A stretch of DNA of 46,208 nucleotides from Chiloscyllium plagiosum (lineage: Eukaryota). Positions within the stretch are counted from its first letter, which is position 1, and each line of letters opens with the position of its first letter. Of the stretch, positions 22,655 through 35,900 are shown in pieces. The position numbers and the translations under genes were made by a program. The DNA lies in the NCBI RefSeq assembly GCF_004010195.1, contig NC_057719.1, positions 3,429,740 through 3,475,947 on the forward strand, written 5' to 3'. The notes below the pieces were generated by a model that was not told where the DNA came from, did not search any database, and saw only the letters and a list, made by a program, of their open reading frames with translations.

Positions 22655-23530
22655 GGTACATGGAGGCACAAAACTGATTCCCTCTCATTTCAGTCCTGTG
22701 GTTAAGAAGGCTTGTCTTTATCGTGGATTATAAGAGCAGGGAGGTCTAGGTTGGAGTTTGTACAGCACCTTGGCTCGGCTGGAGTAATGTGTGCAATTCT
22801 GGTCCCCACATGATAGGAAAGACGTGATTGCACAGGAGGGGGTGCAGAGGAGATTCATCAGGATGCTGCCTGAGATGGAACGGCCCAGCGATGAAGACAG
22901 TCCTGATAAGCTTGGGTTGTTTTCCTTGAACAGAGAAGGTTGAGGGGGGGACTTGATAGAGGTGTGGAAGGTTAGAGGGACATGGACAGGGGGAGTAGAA
23001 AACAGCCCCTGCCCTCAGTCAAAGTTTCATTAAAAAGGGGGAACACTTTCAGGTGAATGGAAGGAAATTGAGAGGGGATTTGAGGCAAAGCATTCTCCCA
23101 TTTACCACCCCCTGAGAAAAAGAAAGGAAATGACATCACCAACCCAAGGAAACCTAAACACATCAATAGAAAGTGGGCTACATCACCAGTGCTTCATCTG
23201 GAGATTCACTGAAAATGTTATCTAGTATGGTGACGAAACGTCTGAAAATGAACCTTCCAGCTCAGCAAGCAAACCTACATTCAGAACCTCAACATGAGCT
23301 ACAAATCTTCTCAGAATTCACAAGATTTCTCATTCAGAGGGCGGTGGGGGTCTGGAATACTGTGCCTGGGAGGGGCATTAAGGTGGGAAACCTCAAAGCC
23401 CTTAAAAAGCACTTGGATGAACACTTGAAGTGTCATAACATTCAAGGCTATGGGTTAAGTGCGGGAATGTGGGACCGGTGAAGTTGGTAATATTTTTTGA
23501 GGAACACACTTGATGGGCTGAAAGGCCATG
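22655..23530 (+). mobile_element. CR1 3' part interrupted by a Penelope-like family C fragment (about 23105-23320)
   Basis: CVQFWSPHDRKDVIA.EGVQRRF and FLIQRAVGVWNTVP. The insert contains tca-CTGAAAA-tgttatctagtatggtgac-GAAACGTC-tga, a hammerhead with one core change. Confidence 0.8.
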
Positions 23531-24727
23531 TCAGTACCAAGGGCTTTACAGGAATGGTTCCTGGGGAACAAGGGTTACCAGAGCTGACAACACCTTGACT
23601 GGCCCGAGGCCCAGATACAGTACAACCCATTCTCCAACCAGGGAGGACGCAACAAGCCTCCTGAGGTTCCACTAGTTGGAGCAGCCTGGTCAGCCTTGCA
23701 GTCCACCCCAGACACAGCACACTGCTTAATGTACAACACGAGGGGATGTGACTGAGGCTGACAAGCTGGCACAGTCTGAGCAGAAAGGTGACCGCATTCA
23801 GCCTGAGGATCATCGCCCTCAGTGGGGTCAAGCCGGAGCAGGGTGAGTGCCACATACCAGCCCGGGGTTAGCTGGCAGGAGCTCGGGGCTGGGGCTGATG
23901 ATGACCCATTGACTGTAACAGTGCTCCGTGCACAAGCTGTTTGCTTCTGTTCCCAGGGGCAAATGCGGCTACAGTTTAATTGATTTCTGCTGGCTTTCAG
24001 CTCTTGTGAATGAAAGGGAACATTTTGAGGTAATTGCTATTGTAATCCCACATTGATCAGCACTAAGGTGCTGGCGTGCAGCAGGAACTGTGGAACAGGA
24101 ACCAGTGACTTAAAGACATTCGTATGAGGGGATACGGCTAAGGACTGGGATATGCTGTCTGGCTTGACGCTAAATCAGTGATAGATGACAAATTATACTG
24201 CTGGCTCTGCAGTTAGGACCATCTCTGAGCTCTGTCCATGTGTTACTGGTTTGAGTTTGCTGTGCCACTGTGATCTCATGTGAAGGGCAGCTCCACTCTG
24301 TCAATGTTTGATGGGTGCATGGTGAGACTTCCAAGATGGCGGCAGGGCCAGGGATTACTGGCATTCACCTGACTGGGTTTGAACAGTGTTTTATAGGCTG
24401 ACGGAGGTTCAGTTTTTTTTCAGTCTGGAGGAGCCTGCTGAAGCCTGTTCTTCTTGCCCCTCATGTTTCTAAAGCACCCTCGTTATGTTCCAGTGTGAGG
24501 CCTGATCACCATCACGAAAGTGTACAGCACTGAGCAAGCTGCATCTTCCAAGACCCCAGAGAAAACTTCTCATATCGGGTGGTCTGGTTAGATGAGTCAG
24601 TAACAGATTGACAGCAGTCTGAACGTTCCCACCTTGTCCTTTTCTTTCCTTCAAGATCTCAACATCATTGGCCAAAAGTGTTTATTCCCACAGTGAATCA
24701 TTGCAGACTGAAATCTGTTTCGTTTTC

Positions 24728-25500
24728 CGTGTGTGTGTGTGTGAGAAAGAGAGAGAGTGTGTATGTGTCCATTTGTGTGTGTGAGAGAGTGTGTGTGTGT
24801 GAGAAAGTGCATGAGTGTGTGTCTGAGAGAGTGTGTGTGTGTGTGAGAGAGAGAGAGAGTATGTGAGTGTGTGTGTCTGTCTGAGTGTATGTGTGAGAAA
24901 GAGTGTGTGTGAGTGTGTGTGTGTGTCGGTGTGTGTGTGTGTCTGTCTGTGTGTCTGTGTGTATGTGTGAGAGAGAGAGTGAGAGAGTGTGTGTATGTGA
25001 GAGAAAGTGCANNNNNNNNNNNNNNNNNNNNNNNNNNNNNNNNNNNNNNNNNNNNNNNNNNNNNNNNNNNNNNNNNNNNNNNNNNNNNNNNNNNNNNNNN
25101 NNNNNNNNNNNNNNNNNNNNNNNNNNNNNNNNNNNNNNNNNNNNNNNNNNNNNNNNNNNNNNNNNNNNNNNNNNNNNNNNNNNNNNNNNNNNNNNNNNNN
25201 NNNNNNNNNNNNNNNNNNNNNNNNNNNNNNNNNNNNNNNNNNNNNNNNNNNNNNNNNNNNNNNNNNNNNNNNNNNNNNNNNNNNNNNNNNNNNNNNNNNN
25301 NNNNNNNNNNNNNNNNNNNNNNNNNGTCTGTGTGAGAGAGAGTGTGCGTGTATGTGTCAGTTTGTGTGTGTGTGTCTGTCTGTGTGTATGTGTGAGTGTC
25401 TGTGTGTGAGAGAGTGTGTGTGTGTGTGAGAGTGAGAGAGTGTGTGTGTGTGCGAGAGAGCATATGTGTGTATGTGTGTGTATTTGCCTGTGTGTATGAT
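24728..25500. repeat. Compound (GT)n/(GA)n microsatellite spanning a gap
   Basis: Seen directly in the sequence. Confidence 0.97.
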
Positions 25501-25657
25501 GTTGTATATATTATTTGAATATTTGTCTGTGTACATGTGTTTACATATCTTAAAAACATTTATATTTTCATATTGCAAATGATGCATATTGGACATTAGA
25601 GAATTAGAGGAACTGGATCATAAGCATCAAGCCCTTTTGAGGCAGTTCAGGACTCAC

Positions 25658-25875
25658 CTATTGTCCCAAACACAAGCCTGTTTCCGTTTCTCTGTCTGCT
25701 GGATACTCCCTTCCATTTCCTCCATCATTCTCTGAATGCAGTTTAATTTGCCTTCCAACAATTCGGCATCCACCGGTTTGTGTAACTCCAGCTCTCGGAT
25801 CTGCCGGCCTGCTTCCTGTAGTCTGGTTTCCACAGCCTGTGCTAATTCCAGAACTCGCTGGGACAACAGGTTCAC
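25658..25875 (-). CDS. Internal exon: coiled-coil
   Basis: Acceptor ctctttctcctttgtag|GTG and donor AATAG|gtgagt; 218 nt, phase 0 to 2. Translates VNLLSQRVLELAQAVETRLQEAGRQIRELELHKPVDAELLEGKLNCIQRMMEEMEGSIQQTEKRKQ. Confidence 0.85.
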
Positions 25876-26099
25876 CTACAAAGGAGAAAGAGCAGGGGCT
25901 CAGTGTCAGACACTTGTAGCAACGTCTATCACTTGAGTCTTGAGTACTTGACCCGAGTGTTGGATGTGGTGTTGAAGAGGTGAAATATTCAACTGAGGCC
26001 CTGTCCATCCAGTCAGCTGGTCATTGGTCTTTTATTGGGCTCCTTATCGAAGGAAAGACGCACCCCCTCAGTACTGCACAGCACAAGCAAACTGTTAAC

Positions 26100-26300
26100 T
26101 GTGACCAGTTTTGGGTCCCTCATCTGAGGAGGCACGTACTGACTCTGGAGGGAGTCCAGAGAAGGTTCACTCAGCTGATTCCAGATATGGAGGGACTGCC
26201 TTATGAGGCAAGGCCTTTACTCTTTCCAATGAATGAGAGGCAACCTCATACAAGATTCACAGGAGATTCAATGGGCTAGATATGGACAGGTTGTTTTCCC
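26100..26300 (+). mobile_element. CR1 fragment
   Basis: CDQFWVPHLRRHVLTLEGVQRRFTQLIP. Confidence 0.75.
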
Positions 26301-26969
26301 CACTGTGGGGCAGTGACTCGTGTACTACCAATACGAATAGCTGGATTTTCACTCCAGCTGAGTTGGGAGTGTTAATGGGGATTGGGCCCACTGCCCTTCA
26401 GGAACGGTGTGAAGGCAGCTAAAGGAGCTATTGGCTCCTGAGGGAGTTCACCCGAATGACCCACCTCCGGTAATCTATTTTTGTCCCAGTTGTAAATAGA
26501 AAGGAAAAGGACGCTCTCTCTCACCCTCACTCCCTCACCCCATCACACGCTTTCCTGCCCTTCACCCCATCTCATACCCTCAGTGCAAACCTATATTCTC
26601 TCACCCACCACTCTTTTCCCTTACCCCCTCCATGCCAATTCAAACAGTGCCCAATCGTGCACAGACTTTAGAACCTGCGCTGGGATGAAATAAGGTTAAG
26701 TTCTAAATGGCTATCAATGGCAGTGTTCTCACTCTTAACTCTTTCATTGATATACTTCTCAAAGACTTTATAACCATTTGGAACTGCCGACTGTCAGGCA
26801 CCCCGCTGTGACAATGGGAGCTTCTGGTAAGAAGGCAGTGGAGTAGAGCGTCTCAGCCTGGGCTCATCTGCTTTTCCTTTTCTTTTCTTTATTCTTTCTC
26901 TTTTCCCTCACTTATCTCTTGGTGAAGAGCTTGGTTATGGTGATGGCAGTGAGTGGGCCCAACAGCGGG

Positions 26970-29900
26970 GACTCATGGTGGTGATGGTGAGGATGGGTTC
27001 TCAGTGGGGTCTGTGTCCGGTGTGGTCTCATGGTGGTGATGGTGAGGATGAGTTCCCGGTTGGGTCTGTGTCTGGTGAAGAATCATGGTGGTGATGGTGA
27101 GGATGGATTCCCGGTGGGGTCTGTGTCCGGTGAAGACTCATGGTGGTGATGGTGAGAATGGATTCCCGGGATGGTGAGAATGGATTCCCGGTGGGGTCTG
27201 TGTCCGGTGAAGGCTCATGGTGGTGATGGTGAGGATGGGTTCCCAGTGGGGTCTGTGTCCAGTGTGGTCTCATGGTGGTGATGGGGAGGATGAGTTCCCG
27301 GTGGGGTCTGTGTCCGGTGAAGAATCATGGTGGTGATGGTGATGGTGAGGATGGATTCCCGGTGGGGTGTGTGTCTGGTGCAGACATTGTGGTGATGGTG
27401 AGGATGGATTCCCGGTGGGGTCTGTGTCCGGTGAAGACTCATGGTGGTGATGGTGTGAAAGGGTGAGTTCCGAATGGGGTCCGTGTCTGGTGAAGGCTCA
27501 TGGTGGTGATGGTGAGGATGGGTTCCTGGTGGGGTCTGTTTCAAGTGAAGGCTCATGGTGGTAATGGTGAGGATGGATTCGCGGTGGGGTCTGTGTCTGG
27601 TGAAGACTCATTGTGGTGATGGTGAGGATGGGTTCTCGGTGGGGTCTGTGTCCGGTGTGGTCTCATGGTGGTGATGGTGAGGACGGGTTCCTGGTGGGGT
27701 CTGTGTACGGTGAAGACTATTGTAGTGATGGTGCAGATGGGTTCCCGGTGGGGTCTGTGTCCGGTGTGGTCTCATGGTGGTGATGGTGAGGATGCGTTCC
27801 TGGTGGGGTCTGTGTCTGGTGAAGGCTCATTGTGGTGATGGTGCGGATGGGTTCCTGGTGGGGCGTGTGTCTGGTGTGGACCCATGGTAGTGATGGTGAG
27901 GATAGTTTCCCGGTGGGGTCTGTGTCCGGTGAAGGCTCATGGTGGTGATTGTTAGGATGAGTTCCGAATGGGGTCCGTGTCTGGTGAAGGCTCATGGTGG
28001 TGATGGTGAGGATGGGTTCACGGTGGCGTCTGTGTCCTGCATGAACGCATGGTGGTGATGGTGAGGATGGCCTTCCGGTGGGGTCTCTGTCCGGTGAAGG
28101 CTCATGGTGGTGATGGTGGAGATGAGTTCCCGGTGGGGTCTGTGTCTGGTGAAGACCCATGGTGGTGATGGTGAGGATGGATTCATGGTGGGGTCTGTTT
28201 ACGGTGTGGGCTCTTGGTGGCGATGGTGTGGATGGGTTCTCGATGGGTCTGTGTCTGGTGTGGGCTCTTGGTGCTGATGGTGAGGATGGGTTCCCGGTGG
28301 GATCTGTTTCCCGCGTGAACACATGGTATTGAAGATGAGGATGCGTTCTCGGTGGGGTCTGTGTCCGGTGTGGTCTCATGGTGGTAATAGTGAGGGTGGG
28401 TTCACGGTGGGTCTGTGTCCAGTACCAACTCATGGTGGTGATGATGAGGATAGGTTGCCAGTTGGGTCTGTGTCCGGTGAAGGCTCATGGTGGTGATGGT
28501 GAGGATGAGTTCCAGGTTGGTCTGTGTCTGGTGTGGTCTCATGGTGGTGATGGTGAGGATGGGTTCTCGGTGGGGTCTGTGTCCGGTGAAGAATCATGGT
28601 GGTGATGGTGAGGATGGGTTCCCGGTGGGGTGTGTGTCTGGTGCAGACTCATTGTGGTGATGGTGAGGATGGATTCCCGGTGGTGTCTGTGTCCCGTGTG
28701 AACGCATGGTGGTGATGGTGAGGATGGATTCCCGGTGGGGTCTGTGTCCGGTGAAGGCTCATGGTGGTGATGGTGAGGATGGGTTCCTGGTGTGGTCTGA
28801 ATCCAGTGAAGGTTCATGGTGGTGATGGTGAGGATGGGTTCCCGGTGGGGTCTGTTTCCCGCGTGAACACATGGTGTTGAAGATGAGGATGGGTTCTCGG
28901 TGGGGTCGGTGTCTGGTATGGACTCATGGTGGTAATAGTGAGGGTGGGTTACCGGTGGGTCTGTGTCCAGTACCGACTCATGGTGGTGATGATGAGGATG
29001 GGTTGCCAGTGGGGTCTGCGTCCGGTGAAGGCTCATGGTGGTGATGGGGAGGCTGAGTTCTCAGTTGGGTCTGTGTCTGGTGTGGTCTCATGGTGGTGAG
29101 GGTGAGGATGGGTTTCCAGTGGTGTCTGTGTCTGGTGCGGACTCATCGTGGTGATGGTGAGGATGCATTCCCAGTGGGGTCTGTGTCCGGTGAAGACTCA
29201 TGGTGGTGATGGTGAGGATGGATTCTCTGTGTCCGGTGTGGTCTCATGGTGGTGATGGTGAGGATGAGTTCCTGGTGGGGTCTGTGTCCGGTGAAGACTC
29301 ATGGTGGTGATGGTAAGGATGAGTTCCCGGTGGGGTCTGTGTCTGGTGAAGACTCATTGTGGTGATGGTGAGGATGGGTTCTCGGTGGGGTCTGTGTCTG
29401 GTGAAGACTCATTGTGGTGATGGTGAGGATGGTTCCCCGATGGGGTCTGTGTCTGGTGAAGACGCATTGTGGTGATGGTGAGGATGGGTTCTCGGTGGGG
29501 TCTGTGTCTGGTGAAAACTCATTGTGGCGATGGTGAGGATGGGTTCTCGGTCGGGGTCTGTGTCTGGTGAAGACTCATTGTGGTGATGGTGAGGATGGGT
29601 TCTCGGTGGGGTCTGTGTCTGGTGAAGACTCATTGTGGTGATGGTGAGGATGGTTCCCCGGTGGTGTCTGTGTCTGGTGAAGACTCATTGTGGTGATGGT
29701 GAGGATGTCTGGTGAAGACTCATTGTGGTGATGGTGAGGATGGGTTCTCGGTGGGGTCTGTGTCTGGTGAAGGCTCATGGTGGTGATGGTGCGGATGGGT
29801 TCTCGGTGGGGTCTGTGTCTGGTGAAGACTCATTGTGGTGATGGTGAGGATGGTTCCCCGGTCGGGTCTGTGTCCAGTGAAGGCTCATGGTGGTGAAGGT

Positions 29901-32900
29901 GAGGATGGGTTCCCCGTGGGGTCTGTGTCCGGTGAAGGCTCATGGTGGTGACGGTGCGGATGAGTTCCCGGTGGGTCAGTGTCTGATGTGGTCTCATGGT
30001 GGTGATGGTGAGGATGTGTTCCTGGTGGGGTCTGTGTCCGGTGAAGACTCATGGTGGTGATGGTGAGGATGGGTTCTCGGTGGGGTCTGTGTCTGGTGAA
30101 GACTCATTGTGGTGATGGTGAGGGATGGATCCCCAGGTGGGTCTGTGTTCAGTGAAGGCTCATGGTGGTGATGGCGAGGATGAGTTCCCGATAGTTCGGT
30201 GTCTGGTGAAGGCTCATTGTGGTGATGGTGAGGATGGGTTCTCGGTGGGGTCTGTGTCTGGTGAAGACTCATTGTGGTGATGGTGAGGATGGTTCCTCGG
30301 TCGGGTCTGTGTCCAGTGAAGGCTCATGGTGGTGAAGGTGAGGATGGGTTCCCTGTGGGGTTTGTGTCCGGTGAAGGCTCATGGTGGTGACGGTGCGGAT
30401 GAGTTCCCGGTGGGTCAGTGTCTGGTGAAGGCTCATTGTGGTGATGGTGCGGATGGGTTCCCCGTGGGGTCTGTGTCCGGTGAAGGCTCATAGTGGTGAT
30501 GGTGAGGATGTGTACCCGGTGCGTCGGTGTCTGGTGAAGGCTCATTGTGGTGATGGTGCAGATGGGTTCCCGGTGGGGCGTGCGTCTGGTGCGGACCCAT
30601 GGTGGTGATGGTGAGGATGGTTCCCCGGTGGGGTCTGTGTCCAGTGAAGACTCATGGTGGTGATTGTGAGGATGGGTTCCTGGTGGGGTCTGTTTCAAGT
30701 GAAGGCTCATGGTGGTAATAGTGAGGATGGATTCGCGGTGGGGTCAGTGTCCGTTGAACGTCACGGTGGTGATGGTGAGGATCTGTCCCTGGTGGTGTCT
30801 GTGCCCGGTGCGGACTCATTCTGGTGATGGTGAGGATGGGTTCTTGGTGGGGCCTGTGTCCGGTATGGACACATGGTTGTGATGGTGAAGATGGTTTCCC
30901 GGTGGGGTCTGTGTACAATGTGAACTCATGGTGTTGATGGTGAGGATGGGTTCCCTGTGTGGTCTGTGTATGGTGATGATTCATGGTGGTGGTGGTGACG
31001 ATGGGTTCCCAGTGGGTCTATGTCCGGTGAACAGTCATGGTGGTGATGGTGAGGATGAGTTGCCAGTGGGGTGTGTGTCCGGTGAAGGCTCATGATGGTG
31101 ATGGTGAGCATGGTTTCGCACTGGGATCTGTGCCCGGTGTGGTCTCATGGATGTGATTAGATTACATTACAGTGTGGAAACAGGCCCTTCGGCCCAACAT
31201 GTCCACACCGCCCCGCCGAAGCGCAACCCACCCATACCCCTACCTTTACCCTTTGCCAATTCACCTGACCTGCACATCTTTGGACTGTGGGAGGAAACCG
31301 GAGTACCCAGAGGAAACCCACGCAGACACGGGGAGAATGTGCAAACTCCACATAGACAGTTGCCCGAGGCTGGAATCGAACCTGAGTCCCTGGTGCTGAG
31401 AGGCAGCAGTGATAACCACTGAGCTGCCATCAGTGATGGTGAGGATGAGTTCCCAGTGGTGTCTGTGTTTGGTGCGGACTCATATTGGTGATAGTGGGGA
31501 TGTGTTCCTGGTGGGGACTGTGTCGAGTGAAGGTTCATGGTGGTGATGGTGAGGATGAGTTCCCGTGGTGCCTGTGTCCGGTGAAGGCTCATGGTGGTGA
31601 TGGTGAGGATGGGTTCCAGGTGGGGTCTGTGTCTGGTGTGGTCTCATGGTGGTGATGGTGAGGATGAGTTCCAGGTGGGGTCTGTGTCTGGTGAAGGCTC
31701 ATGGTGATGATGGTGAGAATGGGTTCCCGGTGGGGTCTGTGTCCAGTGAAGACTCATGGTGGTGATGGTGAGGATGGGTCCCCGGTGGGGACTGTGTCTG
31801 GTGTGGTCTCATGGTGGTGATGGCAAGGATGGGTTCCCAGTGGGGTCTGTGTCCGGTGAAGGCTTATGGTGTGGATGGTGATGATGAGTTCCCGGTGGGG
31901 TCTGTGTCCGGCGTGGACTCATGGTGGTGATGGTGAGGATCAGTTCCCGGTGGGGTCTGTGTCTGATGTGGACTCATGCTGGTGATGGTGAGAATCAGTT
32001 CCCGGTGGGGTCTGTGTCCGGTGTGGGTTCATGTTGGTGATGGTGAGGATGAGTTTCTGGTGGTATCCATGTCCAGTGAAGACACATGGTGGTGATGGTG
32101 AAGATGGGGTCCCGGTGGGGTCTGTGTCCGGTGTAGACTCATGGTGGTGATGGAGAGGATGGGTTCTCCATAGGGTCTGTGTCCGATGCTGTCTCATGGT
32201 GGTGATGGTGAGGATGGGTTCTCGGTGCGGTCTGTGTCCGGTGAAGGCTCATGGTCGAGATGGTGAGGATGGGTTCCCGAAGGGGTGTGTGTTCGGTGGC
32301 GACTCATGGTGGTGATGGTGAGGATGAGTTCCGGGAGGGGTCTGTGTCCGGTGAAGGCTCATGATGGTGATGGTGAGGGTGAGTTCCAGGTGGGGTCTGT
32401 GTCCTGTGTCGACTCATGGTGGTGATGGTGAGGGTGGGTTCCCGGTGGGGTCTGTGTCCGGTGTGGACTCATGGTGGTGATGGTGAGGATGGGTTCCTGG
32501 TGGGGTCTGTGTCCAGTGAAGAATTATGGTGGTGATGGTGAGTGTGGGTTCTCGGTCGGGTCTGTGTCTGGTGAAGACTCATGGTGGTGATGGTGAGGAT
32601 GGGTTCTCGGTGGGGTCTGTGTCTGGTGAAGACTCATGGTGGTGATGGTGAGGATGGGTTCCCGGTGGGGTCTGGGCCCAGTGTGGTCTCATGGTGGTGA
32701 TGGGGAGGATGAGTTCCCGGTGGGTGCTGTGTCCAGTGAAGACTCATGGTGGTGGGTGGTGATGATGAGTTCCCAGTGAGGTCTGTGTCCTGTGTGAACC
32801 CGTGGTGGTGATGGTGAGGATGGGTGTCCGGTGAAGGCTCATGTTGGTGATGGTGAGGATGGGTTCCCGGTGGGGTTTGTGTCCGGTGAAGGATCATGGT

Positions 32901-35900
32901 GGTGACGGTGAGGATGATTTCCAAGTTAGGTCTGTGTCCAGTGTGGTCTCATGGTGGTGACGGTGAGGATGAGTATCCGGTGGGATCTGTATCCGGTGTG
33001 GTCTCATGGTGGTGATGGTGAGGATGAGTTCCTGGTGGGGTCTGTGTCCGGTGAAGACTCATGGTGGTGATGGTGAGTATGAGTTCCCGGTGGGGTCTGT
33101 GTCTGGTGCAGACTCATGGTGGTGATGGTGAGGATGGGTTCCCTGTGGGGTCTGTGTCCAGTGAAGGCTCATTGTGGTGATGGTGAGGATGGGTGCCCGG
33201 TGGGGTCTGTGTCCGGTGAAGACTCATGGTGGTGATGGTGAGTATGAGTTCCCGGTGGGGTCTGTGTCTGGTGCAGACTCATGGTGGTGATGGTGAGGAT
33301 GGGTTCCCTGTGGGGTCTGTGTCCAGTGAAGGCTCATTGTGGTGATGGTGAGGATGGGTGCCCGGTGGGGTCTGTGTCCGGTGAAGTGGGTTCCCGGTGG
33401 GGTCTGTGTCCGGTGTGGTCTCATGTTGGTGATGGTGTGGATGGATTCTCAGTGAGTCTGTGTCTGGTGCAAACACATGGTGGTGATGGTGATATTGAGT
33501 TCCCGGTGGCGTCTGTGTCCAGTGAAGACTCATGGTGGTGTTGGTGAGGATGGGTTCTCGGTGGGGTCTGTGTCTGGTGAAGACTCATTGAGGTGATGGT
33601 GAGGATGGTTCCCCGGTGGGGTGTGTGTCCAGTGAAGGCTCATTGTGGTGATGGTGAGGATGGGTGCCCGGTGGGGTCTGTGTCCGGTGCAGACTCATGG
33701 TGGTGGTGGTGAGGATGGGTTCCTGGTGGGGTCTGTTTCCGGTGTGAACTCGTGGTGGTGATGGTGTGGATGGGCTCTCAGTGAATCTGTGTCTGGTGCA
33801 AACACATGGTGGTGATGGTGANNNNNNNNNNNNNNNNNNNNNNNNNNNNNNNNNNNNNNNNNNNNNNNNNNNNNNNNNNNNNNNNNNNNNNNNNNNNNNG
33901 ATGAGTTCCTGGTGGGGTCTGTGTCCGGTGAAGACTCATGGTGGTGATGGTGAGTATGAGTTCCCGGTGGGGTCTGTGTCTGGTGCAGACTCATGGTGGT
34001 GATGGTGAGGATGGGTTCCCGGTGGGGTCTGTGTCCGGTGTGGACTCATGCTGGTGATGGTGAGAATCAGTTCCCGGTGGGGTCTGTGTCCGGTGTGGTC
34101 TCATGTTGGTGATGGTGTGGATGGGTTTCCGTTGTTGTCTGTGTCCGGCGTGGACTCATGGTGGTGATGGTGAGGATGGGTTCCCGGTGGGGTCTGTGTC
34201 CGGTGTGGACTCATGCTGGTGATGGTGAGAATCAGTTCCCGGTGGGGTCTGTGTCCGGTGTGGTCTCATGTTGGTGATGGTGTGGATGGGTTTCTATTGT
34301 TGTCTGTGTCCAGCGTGGACTCATGGTGGTGATGGAGAGGATGGGTTTTTGGTGGTATCTGTGTCCAGTGAAGACACATGGTGGTGATGGTGAAGATGGG
34401 TTCCCGGTGGGGTCTGTGTCCGGTGTAGACTCATGGTGGTGATGGAGAGGATGAGTTTTTGGTGGTATCCGTGTCCAGTGAAGACACATGGTGGTGATGG
34501 TGAAGATGGGTTCCCGGTGGGGTCTGTGTCCGGTGTAGACTCATGGTGGTGATGGAGAGGATGAGTTCTCCGTGGGTTCTGCGTCCGATGCTGTCTCATG
34601 GTGTTGATGGTGAGGATGGGTTCTCGGTGCGGTCTGTGTCCGGTGAAGGCTCATGGTCGAGATGGTGAGGGTGGGTTCCCAAAGGGGTGTGTGTTCGGTG
34701 GCGACTCATGGTGTTGATGGTGAGGATGGGTTACTGGTGGTGTCTGTGTCCAGTGAAGGCCCATGGTGGTGATGGTGATGATGGGTTCTCTGTGTGGTCT
34801 GTGTCCGGTGAAGACCCACGGTGGTGATGGTGAGGATGTTCACGGTGAAGTCTGTGTCCCGCGTGAACTCATGGTGGTGATGCTGAGGATGGGTTCCCCG
34901 TGGTATCTTTGTCCAGTGTGGGCTCTTGGTGGTGATGGTGAGGATGGGTTCCCGGTGGGGTCTGTGTTCGGTGTGGACTCATGGTTCTGATGGTGAGGAC
35001 GCGTTCCGGTGGTGTCTGCGTCCCATGTCGACCCATGATGGTGATGGTGAGGATGTGTTCCCGGTGGTGTCTATGTCCGGTGAAGACTCATGGTGGTGAT
35101 GGTAAGGATGGGTTCACGGTAGAGTCTGTGCCCGGCGAAGGCTCATGGTGGTGATGGTGAAGATGTTTTCCCGGTGGGGTCTGTGTCCGGTGTAGACTCA
35201 TGGTGACGATGGTGAGGATGGGTTCCTGGTGGGGTCTGAGACCGGTGAAGCCTCATGGTCACAATGGTGAGGATGGGTTCCCGGTGGGGTCTGTGTACAG
35301 TGAAGACTCATGGTGGTGGTGGTGAGGATGGATTCCCGGTGGGGTGTGTGTCCGGTGTAGGCTCATTGTGGTGATGGTGAGGAAGGGTTCCCGGTGGGAT
35401 GTGTGTCTGGTGCAGGTTCATTGTGGTGATGGTGAGGAAGGGTTCCCGGTGGGGTCTGTGTCTGGTGAAGGCTTGTGTTGGTGATGGTGAGGATGGGTTC
35501 CCGGAGGGGTCTGTGTCTGGTGAAGGCTCATGGTGCTGACGGTGAGGATGAGTTCCCGGTAGGGTCTGTGTCCGGTGCAGACTCATGGTGGTGATGGTGA
35601 GGATGGTTCCCCGGTGGGGTGTGTGTCCAGTGAAGGCTCATTGTGGTGATGGTGAGGATGGGTGCCCGGTGGGGTCTGTGTCCGGTGCAGACTCATGGTG
35701 GTGGTGGTGAGGATGGGTTCCTGGTGGGGTCTGTTTCCGGTGTGAACTCGTGGTGGTGATGGTGTGGATGGGCTCTCAGTGAATCTGTGTCTGGTGCAAA
35801 CACATGGTGGTGATGGTGAGAATGAGTTCCCGGTGGGGTCTGTGTCCGGTGAAGGTTCATGCTGGTGATGGTGAAGATGGGTTCCCAGTGGGGTCAGTGT

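Noticed and set aside
23575..24675. Unique GC-richer stretch with splice-like sites on both strands and a YY1-like caagatggcggc near 24333
   Set aside because: I could not build a phase-consistent, recognisable coding exon, and a single motif is not evidence of a promoter.
26335..26800. Possible PIF/Harbinger-like remnant
   Set aside because: No matching second TIR, TSD or transposase motif was found.
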